DNA of 64,000 nt from Sphagnum compactum (lineage: Eukaryota), in NCBI GenBank assembly GCA_965153455.1, contig OZ234494.1:1736001-1800000 (forward strand). The letters are read 5' to 3'. The position numbers and the translations under genes were made by a program. How positions within the stretch are numbered: the stretch's first letter is position 1; each line of letters begins with the position of its first letter. A model generated the notes under the pieces. That model ran no database searches and was not told the DNA's origin. It saw only the letters and a list, made by a program, of their open reading frames with translations. Shown here one piece after another: positions 40,231-53,302 of the stretch.

Positions 40231-40536
40231 GATCAACTGATTTAAACAATTTCAAGAACCCAAAACTAGAAGGTTATAACAAAATCAAAGAACCATCCTA
40301 AATTGGTGTATGCCAATGTCAGGTGGTTATCAAGGTGGTTGTTAGGATTCATAATCATGGTTCTCAAAAAAAATTCAAAAACTCAGTTTCAACATATAAC
40401 CGTGATTCCCAAAATATTTGAGATCATCATATAACCGACTGGAAAACCTTGGGTTCTTTACCAGTTCTTCAATGAAAACTGCATTCTCCTAAACTTTCTT
40501 TGAAGGGTTTTGATAGCCTAGAGTAAGAGCATCCCA

Positions 40537-41008
40537 AGTGGTGCTCAGTATGTGACTCTGCACAAATATTTCTCATAGCCAAGTTTAGTTTTTATTTTTG
40601 GTTCCCCACCCATCAAACTAAAAGGAGGACTGCAACCAGGTGGGAGACTGTTAATAACAAACCGCCTAGACCAATCAATACGATTTGCCAATCAGAAAGG
40701 GAGAGTAGAAGTGAGTTCATATTTATCAGGCTCTTCTCTCGCAGTTGCACCTTTTTGCTGTGCCTTTGACAAGCCTCAGCAAATTGTGCAAAAATGTTGG
40801 CCAAAATGTGACCTTACAAAATAGCTCCAATTTTTGGGTCCCATGTGGGGTTGTAACTTGGTATTGGCCAACTTGATAGTTTGATTGGTCCAGGTGAGTT
40901 GCTATTAGTAGTCTCTCACCTATTTGCAGTCCCAATTTTAGTTTTACGGGTAGGGTTTGAAAAGAGTAAATAACTTAACTTGGATGGGAGGAGAAATGTT
41001 TTTGCAGG
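40537..41008. mobile_element. MITE family A: a forward partial copy followed by an inverted partial copy
   Basis: gtggtgctcagtatgtgactctgcacaaatatttctc...gaccaatcaa (40539-40690, +) and the reverse complement of the same block at ~40862-41008. Confidence 0.75.
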
Positions 41009-43439
41009 CTTGGAGATGATCTAAGATGTGACCATCAATCCATCTAACTGAAGGGAAACATAGGAGATCAACATTGACTAAATTCTTGGATGGATGTAAC
41101 CGGTGTTTTTTTTTTTGGGTCCAAACTTTTGCACAAATGCTACAAATAAAAATGAAAAGAGAATATGCTGTTTCACGAAAGGAAAGGTAAGGTGCAAGGT
41201 AAAGTGAAGGTGATTGTCTCCTTCACCCTACTCCCTCATGGAAAAGAACCAAACTCAAATCCTCACTCCACACCTGCCACCCCCTTCTCCCCTTCCCAAA
41301 AAAAGATAACACTAACCTTTCCAACTGCGTGGTTAGCAATCTCATTAGTTGTTAGAAATTTTTATTTTTCACACAATTTGTGACCATTTTTCACGTAAGG
41401 GTTGGGAGTATGGGCTTGTATTAAGACGCATGCAGTAATGTCATATTGACAATCTTTCTTCATTAATGAAACTCAAATCAGACAAACATAGACAACAGCT
41501 GCTGATTCCTTATGAGCCTAATCTGACTTTGTTGGCCTTGCCTACCAAGGCAAGGATATTGTGTTTAGATTCATTATAGAGTATAGTAGATTAATGGATT
41601 TTGGCCCCTAGGTAATAGGTCTATTTTTATATGAGGATTCTTGAAAGATGATAACTTGGCTTGTGTTGAAATTTGAGATTAGGTATAGAGTTATAATATC
41701 TTGAAGGATTTTGGTTTCTTTTAGAAGATTTTTTGAAGATTATATTTTCGCATGGTGAAATATTTGAGTTTTCATAACTCTTCTTTTGCCTGAAGATACT
41801 TTTTAATGCAAATGGCAAGGTCACACAGTGTGACACACCCCTTTGTTGTTTCATCATTCTTTGTTTGATTTTGACTGAAATTTTTACAAGAATGTAATTT
41901 CTGAATATGTAAATGTTGAACTCAATTGATGGATTTGTAATCTCATTCATGGACAAGTAGATTGGGCCAAACTTCTAGCTAAAAGCTTTGAATAGAGATA
42001 AAATTATTGTAAGAGGGTTTTTGTGGAGAAAGGCCACATTATTGCCCAATCCTCCAGCAAGGACTTGGAAATCCATGGTTCCGCAACATTGAATCGTCCA
42101 ATTTATCCACTGACCCCATTATAATCCACTCTTTCAACCCATTAACGAGGGCTACATGGTTGCCCAATCCTCCCACAACAAGTTTCAAAGCCAAGCGAGG
42201 CCATCTGTTTTGGGAACACCTTGTTCTGAGGTTGTTACCTCGCATAAAGCACCAGCAAAATTATTTTGTACGTTGGGTTCTTGCACTTCGTACATGGGGG
42301 GGCCACAATGAACCAGCACCCACCAGCACATCATCCACTGGATGCCTGTTATTACTCGGTTGTGGATGAACCTCACCTGAGTTAGTATTATGGTTTCACT
42401 TTGGTAGGTGGCAAATGAATGGTGGCAATCCCTGAATCCTTGTAAGCACTAGGGTTACTTGAAACTAACTCCTTGTCAATTGTGTTAACCGTAGAATAAA
42501 TAAAAAATAGTAAATTTGATTCATTCAGTTTTTGAATTAATTGTCAAAATCTTACACACATCTGTGATTAAAATGAAATAACAATCCTAAACCTTAAACC
42601 CTAAACTTTAAACTTTAAATCAACAACGGGTTTCCTTGAATGCTTGTACAAAGTAGGGTTACTTATAAAACTCTTTGATTTTTTTGTTCTTTGTCAATTG
42701 TGTCAGTGGAAGAATAAGAAAATATGGTGAATTTGGGTTCTATCTGGGGTTTTGAGTGAGTGAATTTTCTGGTCATAGTTCTAATGAGTGCAATTTTTGA
42801 CAATTTCCAACAGAGTAAAAAATTGCAAGACCATGAGGTGATGCTGGTTTTAGGGGTAGCACTAGCTATTGCATACTAGGGAGGTAGGTTCTTTGGACAA
42901 CACTTGGCTACTAGGTAAGGAAAAGGCCAGTAAATGGTTTGGCATGTATACTAAGGGACAGTGGGTTGGTACTATGTAGGTAATTTAAATAACTAGTGTG
43001 CTAACCACTGGGGTCCTCTAATACTTCGACAGAATATGGTTTTTCCATCTGCAGTATGCCTTGGCCTCATAACAAATGTGGAAGGAAAATTATCTGATTT
43101 CATCTATTTAAATATAATGTTTCATCCACTTACTTATGGTGTTTCATCCATTTACTTATAATGGTTCATCCATTTAACTATAGTGGTTCATCCATTTCAA
43201 TGTGAAATATATGTGGGGGGTGTTGGCTCATGACACATGTGCGAGGTAAATTACATGGTTTCACAAATGTAAAATACTAAGGTGGTTTGACATGACTATG
43301 TGCCATGCACACTAATCTAGATTTTCTTATGAACTTGTTCAATGACATTTTTCCGTGATTGGGAATTTGCAGTTGGTTTGGAATGTTTTTGATTTGTTAC
43401 CTTTGATTTCAAACTAAATAATTCTCCCTAACAAGAGTC

Positions 43440-44090
43440 CAGACCTTCTACCACTACGGTAGTTAACTACTTTAACTATTTTTTTCATCCTCGGGTTGTG
43501 ACAACCACTAAGTTAACTATGCCTTTAAGGTCCAGCCTCTGACCACCACTATAGTTAACTAACTATTGTGAGCTCAGTGATCATGCACCACTAAAGTTAA
43601 CTAGCCTTGGACGACGAACGCCTTTTATTGAACTTATACAATCTTTTCAGACAGGAGAATTATCATTGTCATCGTCAGTGTCTTCTTCTTCCTTCTCTTT
43701 TTCTTCACCTCCATCATATAGTGCCATTACTGGTCGCTTTGGAATGTCAAGAATGTAAGTGCAGTAAAAAACGGTGCTTCTCACAGGAATCCCGGGGACC
43801 AAGGAGGATTCACAATGCGTATGTGAGTGTGGTACTGTGAGGGACATGGATGAACTAATATATATGTATATTAGGTATGCAAAGTCCCAATCCTGCCTGC
43901 AGTTAACTACCTATAATGTGTTGACGCATATATGCACCACTATAGTTAACTAACTATTGTGAGCTCAGTGATCATGCATCACTATAGTTAACTAGCTTCG
44001 GCAGAGGATCAATATGGTGCACCACTAGTCACCACTTAGTGTACTTAGTGACGTTTTAGTGCCAAAAAAATTTTAGTGGTAGAAGGTCTG
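43440..44090. mobile_element. Young non-autonomous hAT element, 651 bp
   Basis: Perfect 17-bp TIR cagaccttctaccacta (43440-43456) / tagtggtagaaggtctg (44074-44090). Perfect 8-bp TSD caagagtc at 43432-43439 and 44091-44098. Subterminal (c)accacta(t)agttaacta repeats. Confidence 0.95.
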
Positions 44091-45843
44091 CAAGAGTCAG
44101 AGGTAAATTATCTTTAGAAAGTGGGATGACATGTTGCCTGATGGACTTAAGGACTGTTTTACACACTTGGTAGAAGCTCAACTCACAACTAGAAACTACT
44201 GAAAAAATTAGCCCCATAGTCAATCTTGTGAAACCCCCTTGTTTATGCAACTCAAAAGGTGAAAATAGACACTGAAATAAGTAGACACTAATGTCTATGA
44301 ATTGAATCCTTTTACATAATAAAACTTAATGAAATAAATACTAAGGTATGACATTTAGGGGATCAAATCAAGGGTGAATTCAAAAACCTCAACAACTTGA
44401 GAGCAGGAGGACAGGAAGAGAAAATTTCAACCATTTAGGAAGGAGAGGAAGAAGAAGGAAGAAGAAGTGTACCCACTTTACAGTGCAAATTTGAAAGGCT
44501 GGCAATACAGACATACTCAAATTGACTTCTCCTAGATGTGTTGTGTAAGGAAAATACAGCAAAAGTAGAATTGAAATAATCAATGCACATAGCTCACAGC
44601 TTTACAGAGCTGATGAACCATAGAGTACAGAAGTCTTCCTACAAGAGATACACAAACAAAACTACTGCATCTGAAAATGGATCAGAGGATTAATAGTTTG
44701 ATAGGCCATCCACTCAATCAATGTCTCAAACACAACAGCATTGAAACTCAAATCATAGTAACAGAACAATGGATGCAGGAAACTCTGAGGAATGAAGTGG
44801 TTAATGCAACATATTAGAGGAAGCGCAGTGGTTAGCACACTAGCAAGACACATTCTATGGAAATTAACGTGTAAATTACATGAGCATATTTGGTACAACA
44901 TGACAAAGTTTTTTAAAGTTTAAATTGTTGTGATCTTCTTTCATAATTTTCTTTTACTCTTTGAAAAAAATTGGTGTTGATGTTTCATTTTGCATAAAAT
45001 ACATATAAAACATAATTATGACCTTTCTTTTTTATCATGTACAAACACAAAATGCATTTGTAATCCATATTGAAAAGTACATTTTTAACATTTCAAACCT
45101 ACTTAAATAAAAACTTAGTTTTAAAACACTTAACATTGTCATCATTAAAATATTCAAGTTCCAAAAAAATGTGTATTTAATGTGCATAATGGCTCAAACA
45201 TTAATAACATATTATTTGGATAATTCAAACTGAAAAGTCTGCTTGATCTAGACATGCAAAGCACAGGCAGGAGAACTATGATGCTTGCCACCCAGTAGAC
45301 TTTGGATGGAGAGCAAGATTGTCTCTGTACATCCATTAATCCAAGAGGTTGAGCTGTGGATTCAAATCGCTTGTGTGCTACCAACAAGCATAGTCAATAG
45401 TACAGCTCTTGAAATAATAAGGAAATGTACTATCCATATGGGATGAAGTGCAGTTGTAAACAAGGCTAAGGAGGCATTGGGTAATTAGGCTTTCCCTACA
45501 ACTGCAGTCAGCTTCATACAATAAATAATTGTTTCTGCCAAAAAATGTGACACAGATATCACTGGCATGAACAGAAATGAAAAGTACCATATCTCTGCTA
45601 TTGCTGCTTATGTTCAAATGCCACCTTGCAATAACATCTGGAACCTTGGAGAAAATAAGAAGGCAAAGATATAATTGTACCCCATTTCAAAAGACCAAGG
45701 TAGGTATGCGCTTCATCCACAGAAGTGCAGATGTAGGAGCTCCTCTTTCACATCCAATATGGGCTCAAATCCCAAAATGTAATTTGTAGCAGACATCCCT
45801 TCCAGATTACTCTGAAGAAGCAGATTCTGTCCGCTGGCTTGAA

Positions 45844-48800
45844 TTAAATATTCAGAGGTTCTGATTCAGAATCTACTCCCTTCTCTGCAACCCAGGCCTC
45901 AACTGATCCTGCAAATGAGTAAAATGGTAGTTAGACATGTGCCTTTCAGCAATCCAGACCGTTGTGCAGATGGGGAAATCCTGTTCTGCAACACTATCAT
46001 CCTGACGTCATTTACATTGTCAAGAGGTTCTCCTTAGTTGCATTGAGAGGACTAATGTGTGAATAGTTGTTGCTGAACTCACATTGGAAAAAAATGTTCG
46101 TAATCTTCCAGCTAGTAATGTCCTATTAGTTCTTGGAAACTTACCTTGCCTCCAGCTCTAGAAGCAGAGACATCAGAAGAGAAATTGCAACTGGAGAGCC
46201 TCAAGAAACAATGTACTACTACAACACAAAAAGCAGAAGCAAGTATGAAGAAGATGCAGGATACTACTTTGAGGGTGCATTAAAACTTACTATTTCTGTG
46301 GATCTCTGCAATCACCATGAGGCGTCGCTGGAGAAATGCCGCAAGTAGTAGAAATAGTGCACACATCCCAAACATACCTGTGATAGGGAATGCACTCACC
46401 TGCCAAGCACAATAAGAAGTTAAAAAAGACAAGACCATACAACAGAATGAAAACGTTCTTCTCAAACAAGCATATCTGCAAGACTGCAGAGATAACTCAA
46501 CAAACAAGCAACACAACTAATGATGTCAGAATGCCATGGCAACTATGACAAGACTTTGCTGGCAGTTCCTTCTTACTGCCTTTTTTTCACTACCCTCTGC
46601 CCCAGATGAAGTTGTTGATTCTTCCCTCCATTCATCCTGTTTATATACAAACTCTAAGCACATGGCAAGTATCTCCTGACAGATCAACTGAATACTTCGC
46701 TAACTGACCAAAGATTCACCCTATTCTGCAGCCAAAAAAAGATAAATTGGAGACAATTAACATCTACAAATAGGTGTATTGGGGAGCTAAAGTGGCAGTC
46801 TGCATGGCAAGCTTAAAGGTTTGATTTCACTCACATTATACAAAACAATGCAGACAAAAATGTTGAGTGGAATACGAAAGAAGTTCATGATTGTGCTCCT
46901 GGATTCTTCAGGGAGGTACTGTGATCGCATCTTCATGATAGATGGCCAAAATAAGCCAACACAGGTCTCAAAAAGACAGAAACCAAGCAAGTTGAGGCGG
47001 CCACCTGGTGAGATACCTCCACCTTCAGCAACTGCTGGCTCCACAAGGAACTGCAACACCAAATAGTCAAGACAGCATTTTCAGGAGCAGTACACTTGAA
47101 TCAATGTCTGACGACCAGCATACTGAATTTCTGTCACAAACTGGGAGTAAGCAGAAGACTCAGCCATGATGCTGGCTAGCTGAACTAAACACTAAAGAGA
47201 TGGAGATTACAAAGGAGATCAAGAAGAAAGGGGAACACAAAACCAAAAAGTAACCAGACAAAGACAGTGGAAACAAAGAACATATTCTTTTGAGGACAAC
47301 TGGATGGAGGAAAATTAGTAGCACTGTACCAATTGCTGCTACAGTACCAAGTCTAGTTTCATGCTTATCATGCAGTGTACAGGACCATCATTTCATCCAT
47401 CTAGCATCATACATGCAATGACTACTCTCACATTCATCTCTGACTAGTGCTGCCATTTGGTGACCTCTGTGATTCATGGATGCCTGGCCACTGTTTCCAC
47501 AAAAACCAGCAGATAGAGATGATAATCGTATCCCAAAAACTTGAGAGTAGGAATGCAGAAGTCCAGCCAGTAAGATATCTGCAGAGAGGTCTGAAAATGA
47601 AGGTATTTGAAGAAGCAGAAACCAGGCCACATAGACACCCAAGCTAGCAGGGAATTCTGAACTTACAGTAATCAGCACTGGAAGACACAAAGAACCAGCT
47701 GCAACAAGGAAAACTAGCTGCATGTAGCTTTCCACCTTCAAATCTGTACGTGCCAGAAGGCGTGATGCCAGAGAGCTGCCCAGCATTGAGGCAAGCATAA
47801 AGGTAGCAAAGATGAACCCATGAGGAATGGCCTGTTTATTTGGACTGAGTGCAGGTGTCCAAAGAAACACAAATGTGTACATTGAGCCCTCAAAAAGAGA
47901 CTGGATTGCACCAAGAAGTGCAATTTTCTCATCTGTGCACCCACCAAGCAGCCAACCAACATATGATGAAGGAGGCATCAATTCCAGGCAGTAGAAAAAG
48001 AGTTTAAACAAGCAAGGAGTCACATCCTCAATTAGCATATAAGTGGGAAATGTTCACCTATTTTGAGCAACTTTTGGTTTCCCTTGAACTAGAACTAGAA
48101 AGAGTATTCAGAGTAGTCAGAAAACTATTCTCTCCCCTGCAGACATAGATCCATGAAATAAACATCAAGAAGATCCTACCATTCCTAGAGCACTCTCCAT
48201 CCACAGCCTCATTATACATTGAAAAAAACCAAAGATGCTTAAATAAACAACATCCTGTAACAGTAGTCCAAGCCAGTAGGAATCACAAAACAAAGCAGCC
48301 TTACCAGAGGTAATGGCTAAAGCAGCTTGTTGAAATTGGGCCACAATGGTTTTGCTCTCTGAAGGATCCCCATAGTTTTCTGGCCATGTGTAAATGATGA
48401 TGCCCATGCCTACTGCTAGGAGACATGAAGCTGCATCAAAAGGTGCAACAGGACCAAGGCTGAAACTGCTGACCAGTGTGTTGGCTACAAGCCCCGCCAA
48501 AATAGCAACCAGCCCATTTCCCAGAAAGATCGCCTTTGAGAATGTCAAAGATAACCATTGTGCTTCGAATCCTCTCTGTCAGCACATGTAGAAGAGATTG
48601 ATTATGAGAGTTACTCTTACAATAGCTAAATACAGAAAAATGATTGCACAAATCCCAGTGTGTGTAAAAGACCTGGGACTTAAAAACAAGAAGAATTAAT
48701 CCATTTCATAGTGTAATGACCACCAAATTCTCTGTTATTCATTAATGCTGGCATAATATGTTCCCTGTACCTTGAAGTGCTCTGCAACAAGCCAAGACTC

Positions 48801-50873
48801 AAATGCTGAGAAAAGGAGGGATGTTGCAATGCCTCCCAAAATGCGCCCCAGCATAAGTACTCTATACTGTGGAGAGTGTTTGGTAATACAGCTCAAGATG
48901 TATGTCACACAGTATGTCACACTTGCTCTCTTACGCCCACTGCAGAAGGTGATGTCCACAATATTAGTCAGATGCTTCAAGACTATACTGATCATTAAGG
49001 ATTAAAATTGACTTGATATCATAGACCTGCTCTGAAAGGAACTAGCACACATACCTCTGCCATCCTTACCTTTTTGCAGAAAAGAGAGGACTGGTGAAAT
49101 TGCACAAATGTCACACCCAGGTCAGGGAGGGACACATCACCAGATGCACAACCCTGGTAGAAGAAGCTTATTACCACAAGGTTTACTACCCAAAACCACA
49201 ACTTCTAAGGCTATTGACAATGAGGCACTCTAAATACAAATACAGGCCAATAAAGATTGAGTATAACTCACTATTTGTCCCCAAGGGAGCCCACAATAGT
49301 GCCAAAGAGCATTGATGATCCAAATCCAGCAATAAAAAGCCTGCCAATATCACCCTGGCTGTAATTGTAATGCTGGTAGAGGGCATACACATATGGTCCC
49401 TGCAACCAGTCTCCAGCTGCACATCTCAAAAAGGTACATGCCAAAATAGACACATATGCATGTTAGGAGAAACTCTTTGGCTCCATGAAACTGTCACTGC
49501 AGTAGCAGTATCCTACATATTTCAGATGAATAACATATGAAAGATCCAGCAGTTGGGGCTTGTACTGCATCAACACAACAGCAACCCATTTCCAGCAGTT
49601 CGCATCACAGATCCACCTTGGACAGATGCAGCAATGCAGGCATAACAGGCCAACCCCTAACGTGAAATATAGAATATGGCTGACTCATGGCTCCATCTTC
49701 ACTAAATGAGATCAAAAGATGGAGAAACAGACACAGATCACACTTGCTGTGATACCTCCACCCCTCTGGATCTCAAAGACTGACACATTGCAGGAGCTGA
49801 GACAAGATCAGAAAATTCTGACAATCCAGAAGACACAACTGTAAATGGGCTCCTTGAGTCAGTATGTAGCTTGCCTCTTCATCTACACTGAAAAGTCAGT
49901 CTAAAACTCTGACAGTTTTGTTCTGTACAAAATATGGTGGAAATCTGAAATGTGCATAAATACACTGAGTGCACCCTAGACATAACTGTAAATGACTGCA
50001 TTGGGGCAAAGAGACCAACTTGATCAAACAACATGTAGAAAGGCACATTCTCAGCTCTCACAAAATGGAGAATTTCACACCATTGACACAACAACTCTCA
50101 AATATCTGGAAAATGCAATCCACAATTCCATGCTTGCTGCAAAATGTTTTCTGCTATAGCAACTGATTACCAAGAAGCAAGTTTGCTAGAAGAGTGAAAG
50201 ATTCAGTGCCACAAGCTACAAACATGATGGAAATTCTTGAGAAGAAACTTCTTCAAAGACTTAAACTGGAAGGTCTGGAATAGCCAGTTTCTTTTGAAAT
50301 TTTCATCTAGGAAAAAACTCTTTCAAGTAATTTCAGCAATGAAATACAGTAACCGACAAGGCTTCTCAAGCTTCCAGTGACAAGCATATTGAAGGATTGT
50401 CACAACAGACTGCACCAAAGACTTAAACAAAGCAACAGAGCAACATTATATGCCAAAAAAACAGAAATTAAAGACAGTCTTTAGGAACGGAAAACTGAAG
50501 CATTGATGTCCTGAGACCGTAAATATGCGGATCAAGTCTGTTTGTTTGTTTGTTTTTTTGGTTTTGAATGAAGGATCCGAAGCTTGAGCAACCAAAGAAG
50601 AGAGTCCGAGATGAAAAATACGCAGTCGACTGCAAGCATATCATCATCACGGGAATGAGAAGGAGAGATTGAAAGCACACAGGATGATGAGCAGATGAAG
50701 GAAGGAGGAACAAGCACATTACCCATCATAAGCGAGTACACCACCAAGTAATTGTTTTTGAAAGCATTGAAAGCCGGAGAAGTACTGATACGGTCCTTAC
50801 TTGACTTACTGAACTCCAAACCCGCCAACACCGCCACAAGCACTCCAAACACAAGGTAATAGTAAACCTCCAT
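45844..50873 (-). CDS. MOT2: MFS molybdate-anion transporter, MOT2/MFSD5 (DUF791) family, ~463 aa, 8 exons
   Basis: Exons 50873-50723, 49416-49272, 48939-48771, 48575-48305, 47932-47667, 47050-46835, 46399-46291 and 45908-45844 join in frame. Motifs: FKNNYLVVYSLMMAGDWLQGPYVYALY, LLFSAFESWLVAEH, PVAPFDAA, WPENYGD, QSLFEGSMYTFVFLWTP, RSTIMNFFRIPLN, C-terminal EPLNI. Confidence 0.95.
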
Positions 50874-51208
50874 TGAGGAGAAAAACCGCCAGCACAGGTA
50901 GAAAAGAAAGAAAAGAGAAACCTCCGGCCGGGGAACTCCCCGCTCCGCCCTCTCCCCGCCCTCTCCGCTTCCGAACCTTCACTTGTTCGCTTTCTCGAAA
51001 AAAAACCAGAAAGGAGAACAAGAAGAAGGGGGAAAAAAAAGACTGAAAATACTGGCAGCTTGGAAATCTAAGACACAAGCCGGAGTGCCTCTCGAGCCCG
51101 CACTGCTACTCGAAATCTGGCACGAACAAAATGCGCGGAGCTGGTGGAGAGCGCGGAGGAAACGGAGGAGAGGAAGGCCGAGAGGAGGGAGGAAGGAGAA
51201 CAAGAACT

Positions 51209-51477
51209 GATCCAATGGTCACCATTTGCAGATGTAGTCAATCTAACGACCATTGATAGCGTTCAACAATAGGAAGCTGAAGACAAAGGCCCAGCAGACG
51301 AGAAAGAAGAAGAAGAAGGAGGGATCTAATGGTCACCATTTGCAAATGGAGTCAATCTAACGGCCACTGATAGCGTTCGAGACACACGAAGGCGGAGTGG
51401 AGGAGGAAGAACAAGAAGTGATCCAATGGTCACCATTTGCAAATGGTGTCGATCTAACGGCCAGTGTGATAGCGTTC
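51209..51477. promoter_or_regulatory. Triplicated ~55-bp promoter module carrying MSA-like elements
   Basis: Three copies of gatc(c/t)aatggtcaccatttgca(a/g)atg..gtc(a/g)atctaacg(g/a)cca...gatagcgttc. TCTAACGGCCA at 51356 and 51453 matches the MSA consensus YCYAACGGYYA exactly. Confidence 0.7.
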
Positions 51478-51689
51478 ACGTTTTGGTGCCTCGGTAAAAA
51501 CCTATTACAATTTGTTTTTTAATTTTATTGCAAATTTCCGAATTTTCAAGTCAAACCTGTAAAAAGTAAATAGTAAACCTACAGCTTGAGGGATTTTACC
51601 GAGCAGTAGCCTAAGTTCTGCAGACCAGAATAAAATGACCCCTACTCATCAATATGGCCCAGGGTTTTTTCTTTTTCTTTTCTTTTTTT

Positions 51690-51860
51690 TCGATTTTGTG
51701 ATGTACCTGAAGTGGTGATATGATCCATAAGATGATTTAGCCAGATTTGGCTATATACTGGATATGAAAGTTTTTAAAAAAACCAGAAAATCCTTCTATA
51801 TTCTTGGCTACCTATTGGAACTTATCATTAAATCTGGCAATTTGGGATTTATTTTTTTTC
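51690..51860. repeat. Dispersed repeat with a tagccagatttggcta quasi-palindrome; related copy at ~53810-53900
   Basis: atttagccagatttggctata (~51735) versus atttagccaaatctggctata (~53875), with shared atccata upstream. Confidence 0.65.
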
Positions 51861-53099
51861 CATTGACATCTGGCGAATTTGGGCCATTTGGGCCATTTGT
51901 ATAGATGGAAATCATATTTTCACAATTTTTTTTGGTTTTTGAACAAAAATATTTTGGGAAAATTTCAACATTTCTGAAAATAATATAATTATGTATCGAA
52001 TCTGCCACCAATATACTAGGAGACATTCCCTGTTTTTCAGGGAAATTTTCAGGGAAAAAGTCCAATTCTTTTGAAAAATAATTGAAAATTTTATCACATT
52101 TTGGCTCAGGTTTTGGTTTGGTAGGATGAACCAGCACCAAACACTAGTTTGTAACTTCAACTTCTTTAGTGAGGCCTTTTATTAGTCATCATATTTGACC
52201 CAAAATTAAATTTGAACCCACAGCCCCAATTTAATCTTAAGACGGGATTTATTGTTAGAAGTGACATTAAAAAAATAAAATTACATTGTTAAGAGGGTAT
52301 AAATGCAGGTGCTAGTTCATGCATGGACAATTTTATTTAGCAGTTTTTATTGTTTAAACAGGTTCTACGAACTATCCCTATGTACTCCTAAATCCCTCTT
52401 GGGATGCTCCCTAATTGATGTAAAAACTCACCCTAATTATTGTAGTGTATTTAGATGACCATTCTACCATGCAAGAAGAACTTAACCACCCTCTTCCAGG
52501 ATCTTATGAAACCGAAGAAAGCTTCCACAGTGGAAGAATGCCTGTCCTCTGAAAAATTAGGGCAGGTTTTTATGTCGAAGAAGGGTAACGCCTTCAGCCC
52601 TTCGATGTTTTTGTGTGTTTGTTATTCAGGCTATCGGTCTCATGGCTAGGCATCTCAAAACAAGGAAGAGCCTTCAGCCCTACCCTTCTCCTCGTGGGAT
52701 AAAAATTCATTTCAAACTACGTAGGTCGCTTGTTGTCGTAAACTCTCAACCCATATCCCAACTTGTGTAACCTCAAATAAGATAGGGTTGTCTATGGCAG
52801 CATGTCAGAGGTGTGCACATGTGCAGCAGCAGGAGCCCAGTGTCTCTCCCCCAATTTTCTTCCCTTTTTCTTCACACTTAGAGATGGCCGTGCCCATACC
52901 CATGGCAGTTCCATTGACTCCAAGCACTGACTACCCAAAGGGTGGTGGAGCAAGCTCCATGTTGATAGGCTTTAAGGTTGAGGGTATAAGTTTTCCAGTG
53001 AATAAAATAGTTTGCATAAAAATGAAGCCATTTGCCCTTTTAAAAGAGCAGTCAACCCAACGAAGCTAATAATTAGGTGAAGGGTGGAATCTCTTCTCT

Positions 53100-53302
53100 C
53101 TCTCTTAAGTGACAATTGCAGACTAAGTAACCTGCAAGAACTCATTATGTGTGAGAGAACTCGCATCCTCAAGTTGATTACAAGAAATAACCAGTTGTTC
53201 TTCTTGCTCTCTTAAGTGACAATTACAGACTAGGTAACCTGCAAGAAGATGATGTGTGTTAACTCACATCCTCAAGTCGGTTACCAGACGTAACCAGTTG
53301 TT
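53100..53302. repeat. Tandem duplication, 107-bp period
   Basis: ctctcttaagtgacaatt.cagacta.gtaacctgcaagaa...catcctcaagt...taaccagttgtt at 53100 and 53207. Confidence 0.9.

Noticed and set aside
42586-42620. Telomere-like runs (also ~53411-53434)
   Set aside because: Short, degenerate interstitial repeats; not a telomere or fusion site.
43450-44080. CACTA element or TRIM interpretation of the cacta motifs and 62-bp direct repeats
   Set aside because: CAG/CTG termini with an 8-bp TSD indicate hAT; there are no TG..CA LTR ends or PBS/PPT.
51209-51477. CRISPR-like repeat-spacer pattern
   Set aside because: Eukaryotic locus, only three long imperfect units, low-complexity GA spacers and no cas genes.
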